Assembly: GCA_963695245.1 (NCBI GenBank)
Contig: OY968770.1
Coordinates: 805,894 to 869,893, forward strand
Length of the DNA stretch: 64,000 nucleotides
Source: an uncultured Gammaproteobacteria bacterium
GTDB taxonomy: Bacteria > Pseudomonadota > Gammaproteobacteria > JBGSLN01
Reading direction: 5' to 3'
Shown here: positions 33,162 to 44,351 of the stretch, one piece after another
How positions within the stretch are numbered: the stretch's first letter is position 1
Layout of the letters: every line of letters begins with the position of its first letter
Program-made: the position numbers and the translations under genes
The notes under the pieces: generated by a model
Databases searched by the model: none
What the model was told of the DNA's origin: nothing
Seen by the model: only the letters and a program-made list of their open reading frames with translations

Positions 33162-33747
33162 AACGATTCCCTAATAATTGAACTTTTGCTTCCAGGCGTG
33201 CTACATCATCCCGTAATGATTCAATTTTATCTGTAAAAGCGCTCATTCTGAGAGGGTGAATCAAAAGGTTAATTTCTTCTTGCAAATATTCTGTTAAGTT
33301 TTCCTGTTTGGTTTTAACAAGCTTTACATTAAAGGCTTTAAATTCTTTCAAAGCATTTGCAAGGCCATGAGCTACGGTATCGCCCAGATACTTTGACATG
33401 ATTTCTTCAAAGTCGATTTCAACACTTTTGAAAATTTTAGTCAGTGCCTGTATCAGGCCAATATTTCCAGTTAATTCCATATCTTGAGAAATTTTAGATT
33501 CAGAGCCTGCGGATTTAAGCAGTTGTGTAATCCCTGAGGTTAAACTTGCATCAATGGGACCTTCGTAGTGATTTTTTAACTCAAGATGTTTATTTTTAAC
33601 AATGATAAAAAACTGCCAGTCTAAAGATGTGATGCGAATCCGTATGACGCTGCCAGAAAATGCCTCTAATTGTTGCTGCATTTCTGTATCCAGTTTTAGA
33701 TACTGATTTAGAAGTCTTTCAAAAATGGGTAAAAATAAATGATTCAT
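33148..33747 (-). CDS. ubiJ: Ubiquinone biosynthesis accessory factor UbiJ (SCP2 domain)
   Basis: 199 aa. Position between ubiE and ubiB. N-terminal SCP2-like region. Confidence 0.8.
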   Translation of the reverse strand: MNHLFLPIFERLLNQYLKLDTEMQQQLEAFSGSVIRIRITSLDWQFFIIVKNKHLELKNHYEGPIDASLTSGITQLLKSAGSESKISQDMELTGNIGLIQALTKIFKSVEIDFEEIMSKYLGDTVAHGLANALKEFKAFNVKLVKTKQENLTEYLQEEINLLIHPLRMSAFTDKIESLRDDVARLEAKVQLLGNRFEKN

Positions 33748-34511
33748 TAATATTTGTACCCTTTGTGAAGGGCGACAATACCGCCGGAGAGATTAAAATA
33801 CTCAGCCTCATCAAAGCCTGATGCAAGCATCTTAGATTTTAGGGTCGGCTGATCCGGATGCATCCGGATGGATTCCGCCAAATACTGATAACTGTCTTTA
33901 TCTTTGGCAATCCATTGACCCATTTTAGGTAAAAGTTTGAAAGAATAAGCATCGTATATGGGTTTTAGTCCTGGCAATACGGGTTTAGAAAACTCGAGAA
34001 TCAGACAAATACCGCCAGGTTTTAGACATTGATACATGGAAGCCAAAGCTTTATCAATGTCTGTCACATTTCTCAGGCCAAAAGCAATGGTAATTCTGTC
34101 AAAACTGCTTTCATCAAAGGGCAGATTTTGGGCATCTGCCTGAATAAAGGTAAGATTTTTAAAAATGCCCGCATCCGTGAGTTTGTCACGTCCGGTTTTT
34201 AACATGGCAGCATTGATATCCGCCAGAATCACTTCACCGGACTCCCCTACGCTATGACAGAAGCTGGCTGCTAAATCTCCCGTGCCGCCTGCAATATCCA
34301 AAACCTTGTATCCTTTTTGTACACGAGCCTGATCAATGGTAAATTTCTTCCAGAGCCTGTGAATGCCCAAAGACATGACATCATTCATCAGATCATAATT
34401 TTCAGCCACAGAGTCAAAAACCCCGCGAACTTTACCTGCTTTTTCGCTCTCAAGCACACTTTCGTATCCAAAGTGTGTGGATTTAGCAGATTGAGCGTCA
34501 GATTTTTTCAT
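33747..34511 (-). CDS. ubiE: Ubiquinone/menaquinone biosynthesis C-methyltransferase UbiE
   Basis: [44 protein letters not shown]...[10 protein letters not shown]. Start ambiguous (ATG at 34511 or 34529). The track start at 34613 is rejected. Confidence 0.93.
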   Translation of the reverse strand: MKKSDAQSAKSTHFGYESVLESEKAGKVRGVFDSVAENYDLMNDVMSLGIHRLWKKFTIDQARVQKGYKVLDIAGGTGDLAASFCHSVGESGEVILADINAAMLKTGRDKLTDAGIFKNLTFIQADAQNLPFDESSFDRITIAFGLRNVTDIDKALASMYQCLKPGGICLILEFSKPVLPGLKPIYDAYSFKLLPKMGQWIAKDKDSYQYLAESIRMHPDQPTLKSKMLASGFDEAEYFNLSGGIVALHKGYKY

Positions 34512-34682
34512 AGATTTTGCAAAATGCATTTTTGGGTGTGTTATTGAAGAGTTTAACAAAAAACCCGTAGTTAAAAAACAAAATGATGCTGAGTTAAGGT
34601 AGCTATGTTTCAATTAAATAACAAAGTTGCCAGCAAGCAATCAACCAGCTATAATATTACCATTAAGATAATTTTGACTCAA

Positions 34683-35816
34683 ATGAACTTGCAGGAACTG
34701 GAAAAATTTTTAATCCTATGGCACGCCCCACAACTGGGTTATGCACATATTCAAAGTATTCTTGAACACTTCCCCAAAGTGGATGATTTTTTAGCCCAGT
34801 CATCTGAACAATTGCAGACTTTAGGTTTAAAACCTGTCACAGTGCAGCATTTAAAGAAGCCAGATCTTAGTCAAATAAAAAAGACCTTGCAGTGGTCTTT
34901 GCAAAATGATCAACATTTGTTGACGTTTTACTCACCGGATTATCCACAGTATCTTAAAGAAATTGCCAGTCCACCGCCCCTGTTATTTGCCAAGGGCAAC
35001 AAGACACTATTTAAGTACGCCAAAATAGCCATGGTGGGTAGTCGTAACCCTTCAGTGAACGGATTGGATATGGCGGCCAATTTTTCCCGACATTTGAGTC
35101 AGCAGGGATTTGTTATTGTCAGTGGCATGGCCATGGGAATTGATGCTGTGGCTCATGAAGCTTCTATTGATAGTACTATTGCAGTACTTGGCACGGGTAT
35201 TGATGTGATTTATCCAAAGTCAAACTTAAAACTGGCTGAAAAAATTATAGAAAAAGGCTTAATGATTTCAGAGTTCCCATTGGGTACCCAGCCCAAACCA
35301 CAAAATTTTCCCCGACGAAATCGTATTATCAGTGGGTTATCTCTCGGAACCTTGGTGGTAGAAGCTGCTTTGAAAAGCGGTTCTTTAATTACAGCAAAAT
35401 ATGCTTTGGAACAGGGACGTGAAGTCTTTGCCATGCCCGGATCAATTCACAATCCTCTTGCGAAAGGCTGTCATAAGTTATTGAAACAAGGCGCAAATCT
35501 TGTGGAGTCCATGGAGGATATCTGGCAACACTTCCATGACTCTCCGCTTGTTCTGAATAAAAATGCTCAAAAATCTGTAAAAGGGCTTGACATTAATCAG
35601 AATATACCCCATATAAAGCTTAATGTTAATACACTCACTCAGTCGAAACAGGCATTGCTCGAGGCCATGGGCTCTGATAGGATAACTTTAGACGCTTTGT
35701 CCATTAAACTTTCAATGAGTATTCAGTTGCTTAGCGCGAATCTGCTCGAACTTGAACTTGCAGGGTATATTATTAAAGTACCCGGTGGGGTGCAAAGGGC
35801 ACCTCCCACGTATTAA
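34683..35816 (+). CDS. dprA: DNA processing protein DprA (Smf)
   Basis: 377 aa from MNLQELEKFL. Rossmann-like core (...IAMVGSRNPS...GMAMGIDAVAHEA...). Confidence 0.9.
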   Translation: MNLQELEKFLILWHAPQLGYAHIQSILEHFPKVDDFLAQSSEQLQTLGLKPVTVQHLKKPDLSQIKKTLQWSLQNDQHLLTFYSPDYPQYLKEIASPPPLLFAKGNKTLFKYAKIAMVGSRNPSVNGLDMAANFSRHLSQQGFVIVSGMAMGIDAVAHEASIDSTIAVLGTGIDVIYPKSNLKLAEKIIEKGLMISEFPLGTQPKPQNFPRRNRIISGLSLGTLVVEAALKSGSLITAKYALEQGREVFAMPGSIHNPLAKGCHKLLKQGANLVESMEDIWQHFHDSPLVLNKNAQKSVKGLDINQNIPHIKLNVNTLTQSKQALLEAMGSDRITLDALSIKLSMSIQLLSANLLELELAGYIIKVPGGVQRAPPTY

Positions 35817-35831
35817 AGGTGAATAAAATTT

Positions 35832-36317
35832 ATGATTGATGTCATTCAGTATATATTTCAAGGATTGGTCAATAGAGAGATAGACAGTAATATCGATATA
35901 AAAGCTTTGAAAAAAATACTGCCAAAAGCTGGTTTTGATTACGATGAAATTTATTGTGCATTAGATTGGGTAGAACACACAGTAGAAAATACTGACTATC
36001 GAGAGCCTGCTTTGACAGCTTCAAAAGCGATACGAGTCTACAGTGAATATGAAAAAGCCAAATTTTCAGAAGATGCCAGAGGTGTTTTACTTTATATGGA
36101 GCAAAATAATTTTATAACACCGGCATTGCGGGAACTTATTATCGATCGAGCCCTGGTTTTACCCTTAAATTATATTGGTAAAGAAGAAATCCGCTGGGTG
36201 TTGTTGTTTGCTATGCTGAATGTGGATATTAAACATCAATTGATTAAATTAATTGAAACGAAATTAATAAATTTTCCTTTCTCTGACAGGAGCTACGGGC
36301 AAACCTTTGAAGCCTGA
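35832..36317 (+). CDS. smg: Smg protein (DUF494)
   Basis: MIDVIQYIFQGLVNRE... is colinear with E. coli Smg (MFDVLMYLFETYIH...). Conserved dprA-smg-topA order. Confidence 0.85.
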   Translation: MIDVIQYIFQGLVNREIDSNIDIKALKKILPKAGFDYDEIYCALDWVEHTVENTDYREPALTASKAIRVYSEYEKAKFSEDARGVLLYMEQNNFITPALRELIIDRALVLPLNYIGKEEIRWVLLFAMLNVDIKHQLIKLIETKLINFPFSDRSYGQTFEA

Positions 36318-36340
36318 GTAAAAACGGATAAAATGAGCAT

Positions 36341-38653
36341 ATGAGCAAAAATTTAATTATTGTAGAGTCACCTGCTAAGGCAAAGACCATTAAAAAATAT
36401 TTGGGCAAAGATTTTGAAGTATTAGCATCCTACGGTCATGTACGCGATTTACCCTCTAAAACTGGCGCTATTAAACCGGATGAAGATTTTAAAAGCGATG
36501 ATTACATTCCAAAATATCAGCTCATTGAACGCAATGAAAGACATGTTTTAGCCATCGCTAAGGCCTTAAAGTCATCTGATGCCTTATATCTGGCCACTGA
36601 CCCGGATCGCGAAGGTGAAGCGATTTCCTGGCATTTACTGGAGTATTTAAAGGGAAAAAATCTGGTAAAAGATAAACCTGCAAAGCGAGTTGTATTCCAC
36701 GAAATAACCAAAAAAGCTGTCAATGATGCTGTAGCTAATCCTCGTGATATTTCTATGGAACTGGTCAATGCTCAGCAAGCCAGACGTGCATTGGATTATC
36801 TGGTGGGATTTAACTTATCTCCTTTGCTTTGGAAAAAAGTGCGTCAGGGTCTTTCTGCAGGAAGAGTGCAAAGTCCTGCCTTACGGATGATTGTTGAACG
36901 TGAAAAAGAAATTGAAGCATTCAAACCAAGAGAGTATTGGAGCATTGAAGCTGATTTACAAAAAGATAAGCAGGCATTTTTAAGTAAACTCATAGAGTTT
37001 GAAAAAGAAAAAGTAAAACAATTTTCTATAACGAAAGAAACTCAGGCAATGTCAGCCAGAGAAACTTTACTCAAACTTGCGAACGGTCAGTTGATTGTAA
37101 AGCAGGTTGAGAAAAAACAACGAAAACGCAATCCCGCAGCCCCTTTTATTACTTCAACTTTACAACAGGAAGCTGCCAGAAAACTTGGGTTTACGGCTCA
37201 GCGCACCATGAGAACAGCCCAGCAACTTTATGAAGGTATTGATGTGGGCGAAGGTTCACCTGTGGGCTTGATAACTTACATGCGGACAGACTCAGTCAAT
37301 TTGGCTGAAGAAGCTTTGGCAGATATCCGTGCTGTGATAGCTTCAGAATATGGCGCCGATAACGTTCCCAAAGAAGCCAGAAGCTTTAAGAGTAAGGTGA
37401 AAAATGCTCAGGAAGCGCACGAAGCCATTCGTCCCACCTCAGCCAGTCGATTACCTAAAGATATCAGCGCTCATTTAACTTCGGAACAGTTAAAACTTTA
37501 CGAGTTAATTTGGAAACGTACCCTTGCCAGTCAAATGGCGCACGCTACTTTAAATACGGTCACCGTCGATCTTGCCTGTGGCGATGATCACACTTTTAGA
37601 GCCAATGGTTCTATTGTTGCTCACCCTGGATTTTTGTCGGTGTATCAAGAAGGTCTGGATGATGCTGCTAAAGAAAAAGCGCTGGGTGAAGAAAAATTAC
37701 TGCCAGAATTAAAAGCAGGCGATGCAGTACAGTTGCTGGAAATTCGTGCCGATCAACATTTTACCGAACCACCGCCTCGCTACAGTGAAGCCTCTTTAAT
37801 TAAAGAGTTGGAAGAGTTCGGTATTGGCAGACCTTCTACTTATGCTTCGATTATTTCTACTTTATTGAATCGTGAATATGTCGTCTTAGATCAAAAACGC
37901 TTTAAACCTACGGATGTGGGACGCATTGTCAGTAAATTTTTAACAGAACATTTTACTACGTATGTGGATTATGGTTATACCGCTAATTTAGAAGATACTC
38001 TGGATGCCATTTCTCGAGGTGAGCAACAGTGGATACCCATGTTACGAGAGTTCTGGCAACCTTTTGCCAAACAAATATCTATTATCGAAGAGACGGTTTC
38101 CCGTCAGGATGTTACTCATGAAGCCTTAGATGAAGCCTGCCCAAAATGCGGTAAGTCTTTATCGATTCGTTTAGGTAAAAGAGGTCGTTTTATTGGTTGT
38201 GATGGCTATCCAGAATGTGACTACACTCGTAATATGGATGGTGAAGAAACTACAGCCTCTGAACTTGAAGTAGTCAAAGATAGAAAATGTCCTGAGTGCG
38301 AGTCTGATCTGGTGATTCGCCATGGACGCTATGGTAAATTTATTGGTTGTAGCGCTTATCCAAAGTGTAAGTTTATTGAGCCTTTCGAAAAACCCAAAGC
38401 ATTGGATGTTGAGTGTCCTGAATGTAAAAAAGGCAATATTATGCAACGCAAAGCTCGCTCCGGTAAGATATTTTTTTCCTGTGAACGCTATCCTGATTGT
38501 AAATATGCCTTGTGGAATGAACCCGTTAATCAACCCTGTGATTTGTGTGCCTGGCCTATCACCTGTATCAAAACCACTAAGAGTAAAGGCACTCAGCGAG
38601 TTTGTCCTCGTAAAACCTGTAAGTTTGCAGAGCAAGTTGAGTCACCAGAATGA
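36341..38653 (+). CDS. topA: DNA topoisomerase I
   Basis: 770 aa. TOPRIM start (IIVESPAKAKTIKKYLG), catalytic Tyr region, and C-terminal repeated C4 zinc ribbons (CPKCG...CDGYPEC x3-4). Confidence 0.97.
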   Translation: MSKNLIIVESPAKAKTIKKYLGKDFEVLASYGHVRDLPSKTGAIKPDEDFKSDDYIPKYQLIERNERHVLAIAKALKSSDALYLATDPDREGEAISWHLLEYLKGKNLVKDKPAKRVVFHEITKKAVNDAVANPRDISMELVNAQQARRALDYLVGFNLSPLLWKKVRQGLSAGRVQSPALRMIVEREKEIEAFKPREYWSIEADLQKDKQAFLSKLIEFEKEKVKQFSITKETQAMSARETLLKLANGQLIVKQVEKKQRKRNPAAPFITSTLQQEAARKLGFTAQRTMRTAQQLYEGIDVGEGSPVGLITYMRTDSVNLAEEALADIRAVIASEYGADNVPKEARSFKSKVKNAQEAHEAIRPTSASRLPKDISAHLTSEQLKLYELIWKRTLASQMAHATLNTVTVDLACGDDHTFRANGSIVAHPGFLSVYQEGLDDAAKEKALGEEKLLPELKAGDAVQLLEIRADQHFTEPPPRYSEASLIKELEEFGIGRPSTYASIISTLLNREYVVLDQKRFKPTDVGRIVSKFLTEHFTTYVDYGYTANLEDTLDAISRGEQQWIPMLREFWQPFAKQISIIEETVSRQDVTHEALDEACPKCGKSLSIRLGKRGRFIGCDGYPECDYTRNMDGEETTASELEVVKDRKCPECESDLVIRHGRYGKFIGCSAYPKCKFIEPFEKPKALDVECPECKKGNIMQRKARSGKIFFSCERYPDCKYALWNEPVNQPCDLCAWPITCIKTTKSKGTQRVCPRKTCKFAEQVESPE

Positions 38654-39195
38654 AAGATATAGACTATGAGCAAACAGCAGATTGTTTAAAACAAGGTGGT
38701 GTCATCGCTTATCCTACAGAAGCGGTTTTTGGTCTTGGTTGTGATCCATGGAATGAAGTTGCAGTAAATAGAGTTTTTGCAATGAAGCACCGACCTAAAG
38801 ATAAAGGTTTAATTGTAATTGCTGCTGATTTTAGTCAAATTAAAGATTTAATTATTCCTACTCGGCATATGGAAAAAATCATGGCCAGCTGGCCAGGTCC
38901 TTTTACCTGGGTTTTCTCAGTCACTGAAAAAGTACCAGGCTGGTTATTGGGTAATTTCAATGCCTTAGCCGTAAGAGTGACCGCGCACCCGGTAGCCAGT
39001 GCCATATGTAAAGCTTTTGGAGGTCCCATTGTTTCCACCAGTGCAAATGTAAGCACAAAACCACCGGCAACCTCCTTTGAAATGTTAGATCCTATGCTGA
39101 CGCCAAGTATCGATAAAATTATTCCGGCTAAAGTAGGCTCCGAGGCTCAATGTTCCACCATTACTGATGCTAGAACTCTGGCTGTCATTCGATAA
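38650..39195 (+). CDS. tsaC: L-threonylcarbamoyladenylate synthase TsaC (YrdC family)
   Basis: 181 aa. ...GGVIAYPTEAVFGLGCDPWNEVAVNRVFAMKHRP. ATGA overlap with topA. Confidence 0.88.
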   Translation: MKDIDYEQTADCLKQGGVIAYPTEAVFGLGCDPWNEVAVNRVFAMKHRPKDKGLIVIAADFSQIKDLIIPTRHMEKIMASWPGPFTWVFSVTEKVPGWLLGNFNALAVRVTAHPVASAICKAFGGPIVSTSANVSTKPPATSFEMLDPMLTPSIDKIIPAKVGSEAQCSTITDARTLAVIR

Positions 39196-39290
39196 AAGCG
39201 AGAATAGCAATGGCGTTTTGATCATATATGACTTACGATTGTGATAGGTTCTTAAGGACTTACGCAAAAATTCAAAATTGGAACATATCA

Positions 39291-39394
39291 ATGTAGGTTG
39301 GACTGACGCAGGAAGCCCAACAGTGTTACATTTAATTACAGCCTGGTTTAGTTGTCACGGCTTGTTGGGCTTCCTGCGTCAGCCCAACCTACAT
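39291..39394 (+). repeat. REPIN/MITE-like element copy 8
   Basis: Arms gacgcaggaagc / gcttcctgcgtc. Variant centre. Confidence 0.9.
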
Positions 39395-39431
39395 TGAACA
39401 CAATTTTAATTACATCAGCAAACATTCATGA

Positions 39432-40379
<948 letters not shown>

Positions 40380-40397
40380 ATGACTATTTAATGTAGC

Positions 40398-41054
40398 TTA
40401 CATCAACATCGCCAAGCGCTCTGGCGTTCCAACATCACACCAGTTACCGTCGTATATTTCACCCTGTAATTTTTTTTCTTCCATAGCTTTCACTAAAATA
40501 GGCAACATGGGTTGCACTTTATTTTTTTCAAAGCCTGTAAATAGTTTAGGATGATAAAGCGCTATGCCTGCATAAGTGTAACTTTGCACTGCATCTTTAG
40601 TTGGACAAACTAACTGCTTGTCCAATGTGAAATCTCCAATTTGGTTATGATCAGGGTTCTTCACCAAAAGGATTTTCCCAGAAGCATGATTTGTATCAAG
40701 GGTTAAATTTTCTAAAGGATAATCACACCACACATCGCAATTTATAACATAAAATAGTCCATCGCCCAGCAAAGGCAGTGCTTTAATGAGACCTCCGCCA
40801 ACTTCCAGTGGCTGATCTTCATAGGAATAATGAATGGTTACGCCATACTTTTTCCCATCTCCCAGATAATTCTGGATTTGTTTAGCCAAATAGGAAATAT
40901 TAATCACAATATCTTTAATTTGCAGACGGGCAAGTTTTTCAACATGATACTCAATTAAAGGTTTGCCAGCGACCTTTAGTAAACCTTTATGGGTATGATT
41001 TGTTAAAGGTTTCATACGGCTGCCTCGTCCAGCAGCTAAAATCATTGCTTTCAT
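40398..41054 (-). CDS. murU: N-acetylmuramate alpha-1-phosphate uridylyltransferase MurU (nucleotidyltransferase)
   Basis: MKAMILAAGRGSRMKPLT..., NTP-transferase fold. Immediately downstream of amgK (1-nt spacing). Confidence 0.8.
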   Translation of the reverse strand: MKAMILAAGRGSRMKPLTNHTHKGLLKVAGKPLIEYHVEKLARLQIKDIVINISYLAKQIQNYLGDGKKYGVTIHYSYEDQPLEVGGGLIKALPLLGDGLFYVINCDVWCDYPLENLTLDTNHASGKILLVKNPDHNQIGDFTLDKQLVCPTKDAVQSYTYAGIALYHPKLFTGFEKNKVQPMLPILVKAMEEKKLQGEIYDGNWCDVGTPERLAMLM

Positions 41055-41055
41055 A

Positions 41056-42012
41056 TTAAATCTCAAAAACTTTGGGTAAGAGCTTAGTGGTAAAAAAAAG
41101 ATGAAACGCTTCAAGCTCAGAATACTTTGCTGTGGTTTCAACTACATGATTTAAAACCCTATCAAAATGTTGAAGAAAAACCCCATTACCTCTTTCAAAA
41201 TAAATTTTACTAAAACCGCCTAAAATTTTCAGATGCCTTTGCAGGCCAGTCATATCATATAAAAATTCAAACTCTGAAACATGGATATGCCAATCCATCC
41301 TGCTAAAAAAATGCTGCTTTAATTCATGCTCCATGGGATCAGGCCATGAAGCATAAGCATCTTTAAGTAAAGATACCAAATCATAAGTGACAGGGCCTAT
41401 CATTAAGTCTTGAAAATCGATTACCCTTAGAGTATTTTCATGAGCCATTAAATTTTTACTGTGATAATCTCGATGCATCACCACCTGTGGTTGTGCTGTA
41501 ATAGCCTTTAAAATAAATTCAAAGGTATTTTCAAGTAATGCTTCATCGGCTGCGGACAACTGATACTCAGCATACTTTTTGATAAACCAGCGAGCAAACA
41601 AAGTTAATTCATCACGAGCTAGGTTTTTAGAAAAATCAATTGGTTGGGACAGCTCAGTTATGGCAATGTTTTGCATTTTTAGAATCATATCAACCGCTTT
41701 TAGAAGATAGCGATTGAGTTGTTTTGAGTCGGTAACTGCCAGCAGATGTTGATCGCCTAAATCTTCAAGTTGAAAATAACCCCGTGAAATATCCTGTTTT
41801 AAAATTTCTGGTACCAAAACATGATGGCAGCGAAGCAGTTTAGCTGCCTGAAAAAAACGCTCACTATTACTTTCAGAAGAAGCATCCATGACAATGGTGG
41901 TGGGTGCAGAATCTACCCGATAATATCGTCTCAAACTTGCATCTTGCTTCAAAAGGTGGAGTTTGTGATTGCCAATATTGGCCTCCACCCAAAGGTTTAC
42001 ATCTTTATTCAT
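41056..42012 (-). CDS. amgK: Anomeric MurNAc/GlcNAc kinase AmgK (APH-family phosphotransferase)
   Basis: 318 aa. ...DASLRRYYRV..., aminoglycoside-phosphotransferase-like fold. amgK-murU pairing. Confidence 0.75.
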   Translation of the reverse strand: MNKDVNLWVEANIGNHKLHLLKQDASLRRYYRVDSAPTTIVMDASSESNSERFFQAAKLLRCHHVLVPEILKQDISRGYFQLEDLGDQHLLAVTDSKQLNRYLLKAVDMILKMQNIAITELSQPIDFSKNLARDELTLFARWFIKKYAEYQLSAADEALLENTFEFILKAITAQPQVVMHRDYHSKNLMAHENTLRVIDFQDLMIGPVTYDLVSLLKDAYASWPDPMEHELKQHFFSRMDWHIHVSEFEFLYDMTGLQRHLKILGGFSKIYFERGNGVFLQHFDRVLNHVVETTAKYSELEAFHLFFTTKLLPKVFEI

Positions 42013-42016
42013 GGGT

Positions 42017-42337
42017 TTAAGGGGTTTTACTTTTCACAAGTAGACTGTTTTCAACCATTTTGACACCAGAGACTTTACTTGAGACTTTCACGGCTTCTTT
42101 AATGGTTGCCTTATCTTTGACAAAACCACTTAGCTGCACAACCCCTTTGTAGGTGGTGACAGTAATTGCTCGCAGAGTACTAACCCCTAAATGACTGGCA
42201 AGTTCTGCTTTAACTTTGGTTGTGATGGCAGTGCTGTCAAGATACTGACCCGTACTTTCACTGTTGCTGGTGGAAGCACAGGCGTTCAAAATAACAGGGC
42301 TAATCAGGCACAGAGCCAGTAAAAGCATTTTTTTCAT
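42017..42337 (-). CDS. BON-domain lipoprotein (OsmY-like)
   Basis: Signal/lipobox LNACAST, then a BON domain (…LRAITVTTYKGVVQLSGFVKDKATIKEAVKVSS…). Confidence 0.65.
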   Translation of the reverse strand: MKKMLLLALCLISPVILNACASTSNSESTGQYLDSTAITTKVKAELASHLGVSTLRAITVTTYKGVVQLSGFVKDKATIKEAVKVSSKVSGVKMVENSLLVKSKTP

Positions 42338-42458
42338 GTAAAACTCACTAAAAATAGAAGTCTTAGCTTACTGAATTCTGAAAAACAAGTAAATAGGGCT
42401 TAGAAAAAACTCCTCACCGACCGTGGACACCTATCCTGGTTAGAGTCAAATATTCGTA

Positions 42459-42564
42459 ATGTAGGTTGGCGCTGAGGTCGGAAGCCCAACAAGGTATTCA
42501 TTTAATTACGGCCTTATTTAATTGCCACGGCTGTTGGGCTTCCGACCTCAGCGCCAACCTACAT
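42459..42564 (+). repeat. REPIN/MITE-like element copy 9
   Basis: Arms gaggtcggaagc / gcttccgacctc. Outer stems read ttggcgctg / cagcgccaa, a compensated change relative to ttgggctg / cagcccaa. Confidence 0.9.
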
Positions 42565-42644
42565 TGATTATGCCTCATCTTTTAGTTTTGCGTTAGTCCA
42601 AAGACTATGTCAAACTTTGGCCCAAATTCAATGGGGTTGTAATT

Positions 42645-43802
42645 ATGTCATATCTAAAAAAAATCTTACTACTGGGCTCTGGTGAGTTGGGTAAAGAGTT
42701 CACCATCAGCGCAAAGCGTTTGAACTGTTATGTCGTTGCAGTGGACAGCTACCCTTGTGCGCCTGCTATGGCCGTTGCTGATGAATGCGAAGTTGTAAAC
42801 ATGTTGGATGCAAAAAGTCTGTCCAAGATAGTGATAAAACATCAGCCAGATTATATTGTGCCGGAAATTGAAGCTATTAAAACAACACAGTTGATTGCCC
42901 TTGAAAAGCAGGGATTTTGCGTCATTCCAAATGCCAGAGCCACCTACTTGACTATGAATCGGGATGCCATTCGAGATTTGGCAGCTCATGAGCTTGAATT
43001 AACTACGGCAAATTATGCTTATGCTCAAAATCCGGAAGCTTTAAAAGCTGCTTGCGCTAAAATAGGCTACCCTTGCGTTGTCAAACCTGTGATGTCATCT
43101 TCTGGTAAAGGTCAATCCATTGTCCAATCCGCAGAGGAAATAACAAAAGCCTGGCAAAATGCCTGTGACAATATGCGAGGTGATGAACAAAAAGTCATAG
43201 TAGAAGCTTTTATAGCCTTTGACTCTGAAATTACGTTATTGACAGTTAAACAAAGAAATGGAGAAACTTTGTTTGTCGCGCCCATCGGTCACGAGCAAAA
43301 AAATGGTGATTATCAATATTCATGGCAACCGGCCAACTTATCTCAAAAGCAATTAGAACAGGCACAAACAACAGCAAAAAAAGTGACGGATGCATTAGGT
43401 GGGTTTGGTTTATTTGGTGTTGAATTTTTTGTAACTGACGATGAAGTAATTTTTTCTGAACTATCTCCCAGGCCCCATGATACAGGAATGGTCACATTAA
43501 TTTCTCAAAATTTATCTGAGTTTGATTTGCATTTACGGGCGATTTTAGGATTGCCAATTCCTAACATTAAATACTACGGGCCAAGTGCCTCAGCCGTTAT
43601 TTTAGCGCAATCAGCAGCCCAGCATTATGAGGTCAAAGGCTTGGAAAAAGCCCTCGCTGAGCCTTGTGTGGAGGCAAGAATTTTTGGTAAACCTACAACC
43701 CGTATCAATCGGCGTATGGGGATTACTCTTGCAAGTGCGAGTACAACAACCGCGGCTATTGAGAAAGCAAGAGAGGCAGCGGCAAAAGTGCAGATTGTTT
43801 AG
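42645..43802 (+). CDS. purT: Formate-dependent phosphoribosylglycinamide formyltransferase (GAR transformylase 2)
   Basis: MSYLKKILLLGSGELGKEFTISAKRLNCYVVAVDSY..., ATP-grasp. 385 aa. Confidence 0.9.
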   Translation: MSYLKKILLLGSGELGKEFTISAKRLNCYVVAVDSYPCAPAMAVADECEVVNMLDAKSLSKIVIKHQPDYIVPEIEAIKTTQLIALEKQGFCVIPNARATYLTMNRDAIRDLAAHELELTTANYAYAQNPEALKAACAKIGYPCVVKPVMSSSGKGQSIVQSAEEITKAWQNACDNMRGDEQKVIVEAFIAFDSEITLLTVKQRNGETLFVAPIGHEQKNGDYQYSWQPANLSQKQLEQAQTTAKKVTDALGGFGLFGVEFFVTDDEVIFSELSPRPHDTGMVTLISQNLSEFDLHLRAILGLPIPNIKYYGPSASAVILAQSAAQHYEVKGLEKALAEPCVEARIFGKPTTRINRRMGITLASASTTTAAIEKAREAAAKVQIV

Positions 43803-43827
43803 CAACTAAAGTAATTGACAAAAACGA

Positions 43828-44168
43828 TTGAAATTTTATACGCTGCCTCGGCTTCGAATTATTTTAACGGTTTTTCGTCGGGAAGTCTGTACCATGGGTA
43901 CACTGGCCAAAGCAACGCAGCTTACTCAAGGCTCCATCACCCAATCCATTGATAAGCTTGAAAAGGAAGGTTACTTAAATCGGGTACGTTCTACCACCGT
44001 CGCCGGATTATTTACATTGAGCTTACCAAAAAAGCAAAACAGTTAGCCTTAGAACATGAAAAGCATGTGAAATCTATTTATCGTAACTGGCTCAAGCAAC
44101 TTTATGAAGCTGAGCAATCAACTTTGTTAAAAATTTTTAAAAAGCTGGCTTTAGAGGAGTTTAAATAA
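43828..44168 (+). pseudogene. MarR-family transcriptional regulator, frameshifted (single-base deletion) and N-terminally short
   Basis: ...LAKATQLTQGSITQSIDKLEKEGYLNRVRSTT, then at accg-tcgccgg the frame shifts to ...RRIIYIELTKKAKQLALEHEKHV...EEFK*. Restoring one base gives the canonical MarR DRR..I.LT.KG wing. Confidence 0.5.
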
Positions 44169-44222
44169 AAATTTTTGATTAATATAGGACTTACAATAAA
44201 CTTCGATTTACAGTCAAAATCA

Positions 44223-44326
44223 ATGTAGGTTGGGCTGAGGTCGGAAGCCCAACAGGGTATTCATTTAATTATGGCCTCATTTAATTGCCACGGCCGTTGG
44301 GCTTCCGACCTCAGCCCAACCTACAT
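44223..44326 (+). repeat. REPIN/MITE-like element copy 10
   Basis: Preceded by the outer flank acttcgatttacagtcaaaatca. Confidence 0.9.
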
Positions 44327-44351
44327 TTATAGTACATAATTTTCCTCAAGT

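Noticed and set aside
38171-38669. ORFs of 154 aa (minus) and 115 aa (plus) near the topA 3' end
   Set aside because: Antisense or alternate-frame ORFs inside the well-supported topA zinc-ribbon region. Cys codon periodicity creates long spurious frames.
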